Shown here piece by piece: positions 20,851-30,858 of a DNA stretch of 64,000 nt. The DNA comes from Nitrosopumilales archaeon (GTDB taxonomy: Archaea; Thermoproteota; Nitrososphaeria; Nitrososphaerales; Nitrososphaeraceae). The position numbers were made by a program, and so were the translations under genes. Every line of letters begins with the position of its first letter. The first letter of the stretch is position 1. The notes under the pieces are model-generated. The model was not told where the DNA came from, did no database searches, and worked only from the letters and a program-made list of their open reading frames with translations. Location: positions 8,022 through 72,021 of the forward strand of contig JBIQJB010000008.1 of NCBI GenBank assembly GCA_044507735.1. Direction: 5' to 3'.

Positions 20851-21666
20851 CTAGCCTTCTCCTTTCCGCGCATTGCGCATATACAAGAGCTCCTGTGTCA
20901 TCTCCCTCTGGATCTTGTCAAGAACAATGCTTGCGGTCTTTCCAAATACTCCTCGCAGCATCGCCTCGAACAGCTCTGGCTCTGACACAATGCTGCCGGG
21001 ATCAGCATTGTAAACCAGTTTCAGAGTCTTCAGAAGCAGCCTTGATGTGCCGGGGCCAAGTGCATCGTCTATCGCCCTGTCTATTATCGTCAGGATCATG
21101 CTGGGCTGCCACTGGAGGTATATCCCGCCTTGATAGATTGTGTATTCATGGTAATTCAGAAAACGAATCATGTTTGTAAATCCGAGCTTTGAAAACACGA
21201 CGGCATCGTAGCAGCACACGGCCTCCAGCGGGATGTTGAACCTTCTTCCTATCTGCCGCTCATAGACTATCAATTTGTCAATGTTGTTCGTATCCAAAAA
21301 TAGTTTTGGCGTTCCTATCACGACAACGCCTTGGCACCCCGATTTTTCCCTAATCTCGGAAATGAGAGTGGTCCACCTCTTGATCAGCACTCTCGCATCA
21401 AGCTGAGTGTTTGCCATCGCGTACGCAGAGGCATTGTCCAAGACTGTTAGCACGCCGCGATTGATGTATTGGACTGCATCAAACCCCTTTTTCTGCAGCA
21501 TTTCTATCGTTTGGCGGGGATCAGATTCTGTCACAAGTATTATGGCATGCCCGTCTGCAATCCCGCGGCTGACGGTTTCGAGTATGAAGATGTTCTTGCT
21601 ATCGTCGGACTCTTCAACGATACAAAATCCATGTGCATTTTCTCCCAATCTATCTGTGCCGATCAA
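20851..21666 (-). CDS. MEDS domain + C-terminal NitrOD5-like domain
   Basis: HGFCIVE, IVYERQI, VCCYD, YHEYTI; LGPGTSRLLLKTLKLVY..PELFEAML. Confidence 0.8.
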   Translation of the reverse strand: MIGTDRLGENAHGFCIVEESDDSKNIFILETVSRGIADGHAIILVTESDPRQTIEMLQKKGFDAVQYINRGVLTVLDNASAYAMANTQLDARVLIKRWTTLISEIREKSGCQGVVVIGTPKLFLDTNNIDKLIVYERQIGRRFNIPLEAVCCYDAVVFSKLGFTNMIRFLNYHEYTIYQGGIYLQWQPSMILTIIDRAIDDALGPGTSRLLLKTLKLVYNADPGSIVSEPELFEAMLRGVFGKTASIVLDKIQREMTQELLYMRNARKGEG

Positions 21667-21764
21667 GCGAAAATATTGTTTTTAAATGGTTGTTCTTTAT
21701 CTTTCATTCAAACCTACGCGTGCGTGTGTGTCTGCTTCTTCTTGTTCGCACAACTTTTTGTCTA

Positions 21765-22358
21765 CTAATAGTATCCAAACCCAAACTCAGTAGGCCTGTA
21801 TTTGACCTCGGGCCGCATCTCGACGCACGTCAGTGTCTTTGGCTCCACCCCAACCTTTCCATAACACTTGGGACAGTCTGCTGAAAACATTAGGTTATGT
21901 GCGATGGCATTGTTTATCGATTTTTGGTTGGGGACAAGAATCTGAAAGTGGTGATTGCAAGATCCGCAGCGCACCTTCACCCGCAGCCCTCTAAAAATAT
22001 CGCCGATCCTTGCGAACAACTCGTAGGTATTGAACTCCAGGTCATCTGGCCTCAGTACAATGTAACCGCTGCCTTGCAGGAATCCCCTGAGCGCCACGCT
22101 TTTCTCCTTGATCAGGACAATATCCTTTTTTCTTGCGATCGCGTATCCAATCTCTTGATCCTGCCAGCCATCATTTGAGCTGGTTCCCATTATGGCGACC
22201 ACACACCTGCACCCGTCCAATTCCTTTCTGATTCTCTTGATGGACTCCGGGTCATGTCTTGGTACAAAGGGTTCAGCTCCGTCAATCCTGTTCAACGCCT
22301 GCGCAAAATGCTGGACATAGCGCTCATCGCCAGAGGCATAGCTGACGAATACTGTCAA
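21765..22358 (-). CDS. TIR-domain protein with C-terminal zinc ribbon
   Basis: VFVSYASGD, CVVAIMG, WQDQEIGYAIARKK (catalytic Glu); CGSC...CPKC; TTG start 22358 after G-rich RBS (ORF track 22442). Confidence 0.8.
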   Translation of the reverse strand: MTVFVSYASGDERYVQHFAQALNRIDGAEPFVPRHDPESIKRIRKELDGCRCVVAIMGTSSNDGWQDQEIGYAIARKKDIVLIKEKSVALRGFLQGSGYIVLRPDDLEFNTYELFARIGDIFRGLRVKVRCGSCNHHFQILVPNQKSINNAIAHNLMFSADCPKCYGKVGVEPKTLTCVEMRPEVKYRPTEFGFGYY

Positions 22359-22713
22359 CGGCTCCCCCCCAACTAGATAAGGTACAGAGAGCACGTAAAG
22401 CTTTTGGTGCCAGCAACCCGCACAACAATGGTGTTCGGTCACTTTATGCCGGCTTTTCTCAAGAAATTTGACTAGGTATTAGAAATATTATATTTGCAGG
22501 GTTGAAGCGGCAGCACCCTCCCACCGCAAGTCCGGCAATCATGATCTGTTGCGGACAGCTGTACGGGTTAATTTCATCACATCAACCGCGCGATCTTTCA
22601 ACCGTGTAGGATATTATGACATAGTGCGTACTCTGGCAGCGCATAGAATAGTATAGCTGATGATGCGGGAGAACAGGCAACAAAATAATGAGGAAAATGC
22701 CTAGATGGGATAG

Positions 22714-23169
22714 CTAGAATGCTGCCTCTGTGCTGCTGGTTTGTCTCAATCTTTGCAGGCCCAAGCCATACAGCAAGAAGATAAAGATCATTGCCGCAAA
22801 TACCTGCACGGCAACATACCCCTCAAGTGAGAAATATGCGCCTCGAAAGAACCCTTCGAGAAGGCCGGCTAGCGCATTGGCAACCGCAATTGACCAGCTG
22901 GCTATCTTGACTACCGCAAACGGCATCAAACCTAAAGAGAAAAATCCTATCCCCGCAACAATCCCACCGCTGGCGTAGTACCATAACAAGTCGTCAGGGA
23001 TACCATTGCATACAACGCTGGACATGAAGAAATTTATCCTCAGATCATAGTAAAGCCCGGAGCTGGAACAGGCCGACGCATGCCCAAGTTCATGAAGTAG
23101 CTGGGATGGAATTGACATCGCTGCCAGAAGCAAAGTGGAAAAAAGAATCATCCTTTGCGCGTCGTTCAT
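22714..23169 (-). CDS. Small membrane protein with HExxH motif (M50-like zinc metalloprotease)
   Basis: LLHELGHA in first TM, ASGG motif, 4 TM helices. Confidence 0.65.
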   Translation of the reverse strand: MNDAQRMILFSTLLLAAMSIPSQLLHELGHASACSSSGLYYDLRINFFMSSVVCNGIPDDLLWYYASGGIVAGIGFFSLGLMPFAVVKIASWSIAVANALAGLLEGFFRGAYFSLEGYVAVQVFAAMIFIFLLYGLGLQRLRQTSSTEAAF

Positions 23170-23348
23170 CTGCTAACTTTCTCCTACCCTCTATTTTGCA
23201 CCTACAAATATACAAACTTGATCCAGCTCAACCCTGAAATGCGGATATTGGAAAAAGCTGTCTAGGTTGCAAGGCCAACTCTGTGCCTGCTTGTTTTCGC
23301 ACGGTCTATTGACAATCATCACCATCATATTTTTCTTTGATGTGTGAC

Positions 23349-24191
23349 ATGTGTACCCCGCAGCAGCTCTTGAAGTACGAGATAATCGAAAAGGCAGGTT
23401 CCGGGGGATTTGGCAATGTCTACAAGGTGCAAGGAAGTGACGGCAGTGTCTATGCAATGAAGATCCTCAAGGATTTGAGCAAGATCAACAAGGATAGATT
23501 CGACAGGGAAATCAAGATACTTGCCCAGCTGGATCACCCAAACATTGTCAGGATAGTAGAATGGAATTTGGGCGGCGATCCGCCAGATTTCAGTCCATGG
23601 TATACAATGGAGTACCTTCATGGTGGCTCGCTCAGACTTCATATGGACGAGAAATTCAAGGACAATTACGTTTTTCAGAGAAACTGGACGATCAAGACCA
23701 TCATCCTTCCTGCTCTTCACGCGCTTGGGCAGGCGCACCACGCAGGCATATACCATCGCGATCTAAAGCCGGACAACATCCTCTATACAGACAGCCACAG
23801 AGCTCAGATCAAGATAACAGACTGGGGCCTGGGAAGAGACATTGGCAGAAAGTCAATAGCGCTAACTGCTGCAACAGGAGAGATTGGTGGGACACCGGGC
23901 TATTGCGCTCCGGAGCAATGGTTCTCATTTGAAAACATTGACGGGCGTGCAGACATTTTCTCGCTTGGTGTCATCTTTTACGAGATGATGACTGGAAGGA
24001 GGCCTCCCGCATACGACAACAAAATGAAAAGAAAAGCTATCGACCCTCCGTCAAAGTTTCATCCAACCATTTCCAGAGATCTTGATGACATTATTCAGAG
24101 AATGCTTGATCTAGATCCTGATAGGAGGCAAGGCTCGGTGATGGAATTGGCATCGGATATTGAATTGTTAGATGATGCACGTTATTACTAA
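23349..24191 (+). CDS. Stand-alone Hanks-type Ser/Thr protein kinase (PknB-like)
   Basis: GSGGFGNVY, AMK, RFDRE, HRDLKPDN, DWG, GTPGYCAPEQ, DIFSLG. Confidence 0.95.
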   Translation: MCTPQQLLKYEIIEKAGSGGFGNVYKVQGSDGSVYAMKILKDLSKINKDRFDREIKILAQLDHPNIVRIVEWNLGGDPPDFSPWYTMEYLHGGSLRLHMDEKFKDNYVFQRNWTIKTIILPALHALGQAHHAGIYHRDLKPDNILYTDSHRAQIKITDWGLGRDIGRKSIALTAATGEIGGTPGYCAPEQWFSFENIDGRADIFSLGVIFYEMMTGRRPPAYDNKMKRKAIDPPSKFHPTISRDLDDIIQRMLDLDPDRRQGSVMELASDIELLDDARYY

Positions 24192-24469
24192 GGGCAAGAA
24201 GACGCCAGAATGTATCTTGCGCTTGCAAACATGTCATTCAATACATAATACAATATAGTATATAGTATATTTCACGAACATCTCCATTTGTTGTCGCTGC
24301 GTTCTTTTTTTGCAATTGCACTAATCTAGGCAACCGATGACGAGCAAACTACCAAAAGATAATAAGTTATATAATTTTTCAAAAGCGGAAAGATCTAATA
24401 AAAAACATCAAGATTTGGTCTTACTAATCAGATAGATATTAATGCGACAAATTCATTTCATCTGCAGTA

Positions 24470-24862
24470 ATGGTAAGAATCAACCCTTCTGTGACACTAG
24501 AACTCAAAAGCGGTCAGACGATTACAATAGATCTTGACGAGGCGCAGGAGGTCATCAAAGGTCTTACAAAATTGATACAGGACGACAGCAGACATGCAGC
24601 CAAAGTCAACATGAAGAGGGGCCGCAAGAATGCAAAGAGAGGCACAGCCGGCGTTCCAAGCATAAGCGACGCCAAGAAGGACGAGATCATAAGGCATGTA
24701 AACAAAAAGATATCAAAAACTCCAAGGACACTTTCAAACTTGCTAAAAGGCATATCCTATGTTCCTAACCACCTTCCAGCTATAAGGCAGGCTGTTGAAA
24801 GTCAGAAGGGCATAGACAAAAAGATCATTGGAAAAAGAACCTATTATCTGGCCAAAGAGTAA
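24470..24862 (+). CDS. Basic hypothetical protein, possibly DNA-binding (winged-helix-like C-terminus)
   Basis: Lys/Arg rich; PRTLSNLLKGISY...KKIIGKRTYY. Confidence 0.65.
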   Translation: MVRINPSVTLELKSGQTITIDLDEAQEVIKGLTKLIQDDSRHAAKVNMKRGRKNAKRGTAGVPSISDAKKDEIIRHVNKKISKTPRTLSNLLKGISYVPNHLPAIRQAVESQKGIDKKIIGKRTYYLAKE

Positions 24863-24958
24863 CTGCATTATTTAATGGCAGGCCCGTGAGTTTCTAACAA
24901 AAACTGCCAGGCCCTCTTTTGTTTGGCAATCTCCAAGAACAGGAATGACAAGGAATTT

Positions 24959-25426
24959 TCATTTTACAACTAGAACCGAACATGGAGCATTCTTTACCAC
25001 TTTTTCCGATACGCTGCCCAGGATAAGGCCCTTCAAAAATCCCATACCTCTTCTGCCCACAATGACAATGTCCGCATCACTGGCCTTACAGAAATCACAG
25101 ATCGCATCGGCCACGTCGTCGGCCCTGATCAGCTCGGATCGCACCTTCCTTTGAAATGTAAATGTGCCGCTCTTTACCACCAACTCCTCGTGAAGATTTC
25201 TGAAAGCCTGTTCGGCCAGCTCTAGCTTTTGATGATCCACTCTCCCCTCTGTATCGACTATGTCGCTATTCTTTATCACAGATATCACCACAATTTCGCG
25301 CTCTGCAGCTGGTGAGCCTTCCAGAAGAGTAGCAGCTGTGCCAATGCACCTTCTGGCATGATCGATTGAGAGGTCGATGGCAACGATAATTCTCTTTAGA
25401 GGATCAACAACAGCTGGGTCTGGCAC
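24959..25426 (-). CDS. Universal stress protein
   Basis: IIVAIDLS, DIVIVGRRG..GSVSEKVVKNAPCSVLVVK. Confidence 0.92.
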   Translation of the reverse strand: MPDPAVVDPLKRIIVAIDLSIDHARRCIGTAATLLEGSPAAEREIVVISVIKNSDIVDTEGRVDHQKLELAEQAFRNLHEELVVKSGTFTFQRKVRSELIRADDVADAICDFCKASDADIVIVGRRGMGFLKGLILGSVSEKVVKNAPCSVLVVK

Positions 25427-25503
25427 TGTTCGAAGCAGCTACAGACAGGTCTGGCTAATAAATTAGCGTTGATAAACAACTGATTGCAGTTGATTGCAAG
25501 CGA

Positions 25504-26217
25504 TTGAAAAGGAAAAATAGAACTGCAACAACCTTACAATCCGCGCAAGACTCAATGCACGATGACGACGCTGCTGACCACAAGAATCCTGAAAAAACTC
25601 GACGCTCTCCTCTTGACATCGGACAGCCGTTGCAGAACCTCCGCAAATATGGCGTAAAGATCTTTGGAAAGAGGGACAAGAGCCTACATTATCCAAAAAT
25701 GGCCAGAAAAAGCCTTCTCGTCCCATCTGCAGCTTCATTGGCAGGATCGCTGGCAGGCATAGCAGCGATAGGATTTGTCACCTCGCACTTTTCTGTCCCA
25801 CTGCTTTTGGCACCTTTTGGCGCATCAGTTGTTCTGCTCTTTTCAGTCTATGACAGCCCTTTGGCGCAACCGAGAAACACGTTTTTTGGTCATGCCATAT
25901 CTGCCCTCCTGGCAGGAATAATTGCTATCATACATGCCAGCTATTTTGGTACAAGCGGCGGAGGAGGGCTGCTGGACAATGCGCAGTATGTATGGATTGC
26001 ACTAGCTGTATCAATTTCCATCTTTGCCATGCAGGTATTGAGACTGACTCATCCGCCCGCCGGTGCGACAGCCTTTATTGCATCAACCGCAGTTACCAGC
26101 ATTGATTCGCTAGTTGCCTTCATGGTTCCTGTGATACTCGGCTCGTTGATCCTCATTACGGTTGCAGTCATTTTTAACAATGCAGTTCCAAAAAGAAGGT
26201 ATCCCATATACTGGTAA
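25504..26217 (+). CDS. HPP-family membrane protein
   Basis: APFGASVVL, SPLAQPRN, THPPAGATA; start uncertain. Confidence 0.9.
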   Translation: MKRKNRTATTLQSAQDSMHDDDAADHKNPEKTRRSPLDIGQPLQNLRKYGVKIFGKRDKSLHYPKMARKSLLVPSAASLAGSLAGIAAIGFVTSHFSVPLLLAPFGASVVLLFSVYDSPLAQPRNTFFGHAISALLAGIIAIIHASYFGTSGGGGLLDNAQYVWIALAVSISIFAMQVLRLTHPPAGATAFIASTAVTSIDSLVAFMVPVILGSLILITVAVIFNNAVPKRRYPIYW

Positions 26218-26407
26218 ATACATACATGTGTGAAATGACTCTTATGCGTGGCTGAGGATTGCTATATTTTTATTTAACGCGTTTGCTCTTGATTGCACTC
26301 TATACTCGCTAGTTAATATATCGAAGGCAATTTTAGGAAGTACATTAACGCAAGGGAATTGATCATGGCATCATCAAGATCAACAACAATAATGTGTCTT
26401 TGGGCAG

Positions 26408-26797
26408 GTGACGAAAAGCATGGATTTGCATGAAACAACTACATCGCAACTCAATGGTCTGTCCGAACAGGAATCAAGAACTATTAACCAAGCTAGCATA
26501 GGTAGCTGTACTTTTATTGCAATATCAGACATTGAGCTGAAAAAAGAATCCATTGCAGAGTTCAAGCAGTGGTTCTCCAAGGTCAACAGAGAAGTCCTGT
26601 CGCAGTTCAGGGGCTTTCTTGGAAGAATCTTGATAGAAACGCCTGACGGCAAGCACCGGATAATTGTCATGACCGCAGACAAGGAGTCGTTTCTGGCCAT
26701 TCGCGCAAGTGAGCAGCACAAAGAACTGCACGCAAAAGCGCTTACCTTTATGACAAGGCCGCCGAGCCTATCCTTCTACAACGTTGCCGCCCAGTAG
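26408..26797 (+). CDS. Antibiotic biosynthesis monooxygenase-like (dimeric alpha-beta barrel) protein
   Basis: FRGFLGRIL...ESFLAIRASEQHKELH. Confidence 0.75.
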   Translation: MTKSMDLHETTTSQLNGLSEQESRTINQASIGSCTFIAISDIELKKESIAEFKQWFSKVNREVLSQFRGFLGRILIETPDGKHRIIVMTADKESFLAIRASEQHKELHAKALTFMTRPPSLSFYNVAAQ

Positions 26798-26817
26798 TCA
26801 CACGCTGGCTATTATTG

Positions 26818-27405
26818 TTATTCCTCGAACACCATCGTCATTGTAGTCGGCGTTATGGTGATGTCAATGCGTCTTTCCAGCATCTCGTTGAAGATCAGTT
26901 CGAGCAAGGTCTTGTGGAACAGCGACCAGTTGTAGCCAAGATCATGCTTTATCACATAGGTATGTCTGCCGTTTGCGAGCCGGCTGTGACTGAACTCGAT
27001 CGAAGAGGTCTTGATGCGCATCTCAAACCAAGATAGGAAAGACTGGAGATCCATCCTTGACTTCATGAACAGGGCAATGTCATGCACCGCATTCTTGCCC
27101 ACCTTGCAGGCAATGTCAATGACCTCTTTTTCTTCCAAGCTACCAAACAGCGCTGAAACAAGTGGTCTTGCAATCGGTATCATGCCAACCTTTGGCTCGT
27201 ACATGTCCCATTCCGTGTACCTTCTCAGGATCTGGTTCACCATGGTGTTGAGGCTGACTTCACGCTTTTCAGATTCTGAACGAAGCACGTCCATAATGCT
27301 CTCGTCTATCCGGAAGGTCATTGTCACAGTAGCGTGCCTGCCAGCAGAAGAATCGCCTGACATATCCGACCGGGTGTTTGGCATGATCTCGTATCTTGTT
27401 TGCAC
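26818..27405 (-). CDS. Ribbon-helix-helix regulator with C-terminal sensory domain
   Basis: TMTFRIDESIMDVLRSESEKREVSLNTMVNQILRRY; IKHDLGYNWS. Confidence 0.8.
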   Translation of the reverse strand: MQTRYEIMPNTRSDMSGDSSAGRHATVTMTFRIDESIMDVLRSESEKREVSLNTMVNQILRRYTEWDMYEPKVGMIPIARPLVSALFGSLEEKEVIDIACKVGKNAVHDIALFMKSRMDLQSFLSWFEMRIKTSSIEFSHSRLANGRHTYVIKHDLGYNWSLFHKTLLELIFNEMLERRIDITITPTTMTMVFEE

Positions 27406-27486
27406 TTGCAGTTATAAGAACGATCTGACCTGCTGTGATTGCAGATGATTGCAGTTGGTACTCAAACGATAAGAACTCTGGTTTGC

Positions 27487-27675
27487 ATGGGTCAGGTATT
27501 GGTATCTAACTGCAGAGGCCTATGCACCAGGTACGATACTATGGGTGGAGGAAAGGAGTCTGCATACAAGCAGGGATACAAGAGGTGCGCAGTATGCGAA
27601 GTTTTCATAAAAGAGCCCGGTGTCAGGTGCCCCTGCTGCGGCCTGCCGCTCAGAACCCGCAGAAGGTCATGGTGA
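27487..27675 (+). CDS. Small Cys-rich zinc-binding protein
   Basis: CRGLC...Y..GYKRCAVCEVFI...RCPCCGLPLRT. Confidence 0.75.
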   Translation: MGQVLVSNCRGLCTRYDTMGGGKESAYKQGYKRCAVCEVFIKEPGVRCPCCGLPLRTRRRSW

Positions 27676-27771
27676 CAATGACGTGCGGTGCAATCAGAAC
27701 GCACCACGTTGATTCTGCCTACTTGCACAATAAACGTCCTTCATAAATGCATATTCCGAAACGATAGCTGC

Positions 27772-29205
27772 ATGGGATGGAGAGATAGCGACGGGAAGGG
27801 AAAGACGAAAATTGTTATTTTATCTATAGGGCTTGCAGCTGCACTTGTTAGTGCAGGAATTGGAGTTGCGCTATTTTCAATGGCGAATGCCTCGGGCACC
27901 GCCACGGAAAATGAAGATGATAACATCCGCACGGTTGCAGGCGAGCAGAGAGAGCCAAAGACGATCCACTACACGCTGATTGCACAAGAGACAACGCTTG
28001 AAATCGCACCCGGTGTTCGCGTTCCTGCATGGACCTTTAATGGGACAATCCCCGGCCCCACCCTGAGGGCAACGGAGGGAGACAGAGTTATCCTCAAGTT
28101 TATCAACGAGACTCCACTGCCGCACACAGTCCACCTGCATGGCGACCATGACGAAAAGAACGATGGAGTGTTCCAAGAGGTCCAACAAGGAGAGTCCTAT
28201 GTCTATGACTTTATTGCAGAGCCGGCAGGCGCGCTGATGTACCACTGCCATGTCATGCCAGTGTCACAGCACGTCAGGATGGGATTGTATGGCGCTTTCA
28301 TCGTTGACCCCAAGATTCCGCTTGAACCAGCCAGGGAATACGTTATCGTCACTGGCGATTACGACACCAAGAATCAGCTAAACGAGCTGCCAGAATACAT
28401 TCTGTTCAACGGCTATGCCGACCAATACTGGGACAACCCACTTCCTGCAAGAGTGAACGAGACTGTGAGGATATACTACATCAATCTAGGAGGCTTGCCT
28501 GCCTTTGGCTTCCACATTCATGGGACGATATTTGACGCATACCCATCAGGCATACTGGAAAACCAGCCGCTGAGGGTGCAGACATGGGAAGTCGGCTCCG
28601 GCAACGCGGCGATATTTGAAGTAAAATGGCCATGGGAGGGCAGATACCCACTCCACCTGCACGGCACGCCGGAAGAGAAGGGAACAATGGCATACGTTAA
28701 CGTCACCAAGGCCCCTGAAAACGCAGTTGATGGAGTAGACATTGCTAAGACCAAGTCGATCGACATGGTGCCGTGGCAGGACCAGCTTGCTAGGAGTCTG
28801 CAAAAGGCAGATGCGCAGGCAAAGCCCACAGCCAGCCCAACCTCGAGTCCAAGCCACCACGGCGATCATGCATCGAGCAATGATATTCAGTATGGCAATA
28901 ACGACAAGATAGAGGAAACTTCGACGATATTGATCCCGAAGGCCGGCAAGACGATGTTTGCTCCGCAGGCAGCTTTGGTGAAGCCGGGTGAAACAGTCAC
29001 GTGGATAAATAACGACATAATCCCACATACTGTGGACTCTAGTGACGCCAACATAAGCTCTGGCTATATCACAAATGGGCAGAGCTTCCAGTACACGTTT
29101 GCGGAAGCCGGCACATACGAATATTATTGCGCGCTGCACCCATGGATGGTTGGCTCAATAAGAGTTGCAGATGATGACAACACCACCGCTGACTCTGCAC
29201 TCTAA
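27772..29205 (+). CDS. Two-domain multicopper oxidase with C-terminal plastocyanin domain
   Basis: HTVHLHG, YHCHVMPVSQHVRMG, FHIHG, PLHLHG; C-terminal HTV...YYCALHPWM; N-terminal TM. Confidence 0.92.
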   Translation: MGWRDSDGKGKTKIVILSIGLAAALVSAGIGVALFSMANASGTATENEDDNIRTVAGEQREPKTIHYTLIAQETTLEIAPGVRVPAWTFNGTIPGPTLRATEGDRVILKFINETPLPHTVHLHGDHDEKNDGVFQEVQQGESYVYDFIAEPAGALMYHCHVMPVSQHVRMGLYGAFIVDPKIPLEPAREYVIVTGDYDTKNQLNELPEYILFNGYADQYWDNPLPARVNETVRIYYINLGGLPAFGFHIHGTIFDAYPSGILENQPLRVQTWEVGSGNAAIFEVKWPWEGRYPLHLHGTPEEKGTMAYVNVTKAPENAVDGVDIAKTKSIDMVPWQDQLARSLQKADAQAKPTASPTSSPSHHGDHASSNDIQYGNNDKIEETSTILIPKAGKTMFAPQAALVKPGETVTWINNDIIPHTVDSSDANISSGYITNGQSFQYTFAEAGTYEYYCALHPWMVGSIRVADDDNTTADSAL

Positions 29206-29234
29206 CTTTCTTCCTTTTTCTTTTCTTTCTTTTC
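29206..29234 (+). terminator. Oligo-T archaeal terminator
   Basis: T-rich pyrimidine tract (ctttcttcctttttcttttctttctttt) directly after the stop. Confidence 0.55.
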
Positions 29235-29470
29235 ATGACAGCTCTGCGATGAATGGTCTCTCTTCTGTTGAACCTCTCTTATCAAACTGGACTTGAATTT
29301 TGAACCGCAGACAGGTCACAGAGCCTGCCAAGCATTACATTGGACATTGCGTCTTGGAGAAAAGTTTGCTTTTGATTAATCACTCTCGACTGTTCGATCT
29401 CAAAGGCCGTTATGATTTTTCACTCCGCTATTTGATATGTGCATTAATAATGTAGATGCAAACTAATGAT

Positions 29471-29554
29471 ATGGTAGACAGTATAGAAAATTGTAGGTGC
29501 GACTCGTTCTCGGACGAAGTCTGTGATTGTGGATATTGCTGCATGGACGGATGA
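29471..29554 (+). CDS. Putative 27-aa metallothionein-like peptide
   Basis: MVDSIENCRCDSFSDEVCDCGYCCMDG; attaataat box about 25 nt upstream. Confidence 0.4.
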   Translation: MVDSIENCRCDSFSDEVCDCGYCCMDG

Positions 29555-29761
29555 TAAGAAAGAAGAAGTGGTAGACTGATACGGGCAATATTCTCCGTAT
29601 CAGAATTCTCTCCTATTTTCAGTCCTCTCAACTAGTTCTTCCCCTTGCTGAACAGCATCGCCGGTAAATGTTAGATAATCGGTGAATGTTGGATGGTAGT
29701 ACCATAACAATCAGTCCAAAGTTGTTTAAGGCAATGTACGCTTCCTACTTGATGCATCCCA

Positions 29762-30445
29762 ATGTCGTTAGCTACTGTTCCACGATCAAATAGGCAGAGA
29801 AAGCGGGAAACAGTATTGATTTGTGATGATGATCCAGATGCGCTGGCCATCTACAAAAGCACATTGGGTAAATCGTACAATGTGATTGCAGCATCTTCCG
29901 GTCGGGAATGCCTGGTAAAGTATTCTGAAGAATTGCAGAGAGGATCCAAAGTTGACGCTCTGCTGCTCGACTACAGGCTAGGAGACATGAACGGCGACGA
30001 AGTTGCGTACAAAATAAAGACGATCAATAACTGCAGCACAAAGGTCATACTCATTACAGCATACGAGCTCGAAAAGAAGCTGCTTGCCAAGCTGAAGGAT
30101 AGCAAATGCATAGTTGTCGACATAAAAAAACCAATTAGCCCGATGGCCCTGCTGGTAAGGGTGGCACAGGTTCTTGATCTAAAAAAAGTCAAAAGGAAAT
30201 CATTTGATAATTCTTCCACCAGCGAAGAAGAGGAGACTTCTGAAGCAATCATGATTTGTATGGATAGACATCTCGGATCTGATACTGCCAGACTGGTCCT
30301 AAAAACACTCAAACTTGTATACAGGATAAACGAGGATGAGATCAGGAAGCAGCCTAGATTGTTTGAAGAGAAGCTTGGAAAGATATTGGGTGATAGAACC
30401 ATCAAGCATATCATGAATGATGCCAACAAGGCTGTAGGAAAGTAG
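29762..30445 (+). CDS. Response regulator receiver + NitrOD5-like output domain
   Basis: ICDDD, LLDY, ITAY, IKKP; LGSDTARLVLKTLKLVY..PRLFEEKL. Confidence 0.88.
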   Translation: MSLATVPRSNRQRKRETVLICDDDPDALAIYKSTLGKSYNVIAASSGRECLVKYSEELQRGSKVDALLLDYRLGDMNGDEVAYKIKTINNCSTKVILITAYELEKKLLAKLKDSKCIVVDIKKPISPMALLVRVAQVLDLKKVKRKSFDNSSTSEEEETSEAIMICMDRHLGSDTARLVLKTLKLVYRINEDEIRKQPRLFEEKLGKILGDRTIKHIMNDANKAVGK

Positions 30446-30534
30446 CAGCAGCTGATGATGGCCCCTTATCCTTTGTCTGCCCTTTCTGCAAGAACGAATA
30501 AAATCCATAAATAAATTGCTTGGATCAATATATC

Positions 30535-30699
30535 ATGACCCAAGCGTTATGGGAAAGCAGAGATCAGTTGATGATCTGCTCCTGTCCAGTTTGCGATCAT
30601 CGTTATACAGTTAGATGTATTGAAGAAAGGTGCAATTGCTGCTCTGTGGAACATGCCTTTCTTTTGACGAACAGGAGCTTTGAAGAGATAATGCTCTAA
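30535..30699 (+). CDS. 7-Cys microprotein, paralog A (54 aa)
   Basis: MTQALWESRDQLMICSCPVCDHRYTVRCIEERCNCCSVEHAFLLTNRSFEEIML; ataaataaa upstream; paralog at 36987. Confidence 0.75.
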   Translation: MTQALWESRDQLMICSCPVCDHRYTVRCIEERCNCCSVEHAFLLTNRSFEEIML

Positions 30700-30858
30700 A
30701 TGCTACATTTTTTGTTGGCTCTCTTTTTCGCAAGGCAATAAATGAACGAACATTTCAGTTGCAGTGCAGTGTAGAGTAACAACTGCATCCTCTCTGTTGA
30801 ATCTTTTTACGTCTTATTGTAATAATGGTAGGATCCCCGCTCTGTCATATAATATGTT

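Noticed and set aside
27772-29205. Nitrite reductase nirK
   Set aside because: Domain 2 retains two HxH pairs typical of trinuclear-site MCOs; NirK cannot be assigned without phylogeny
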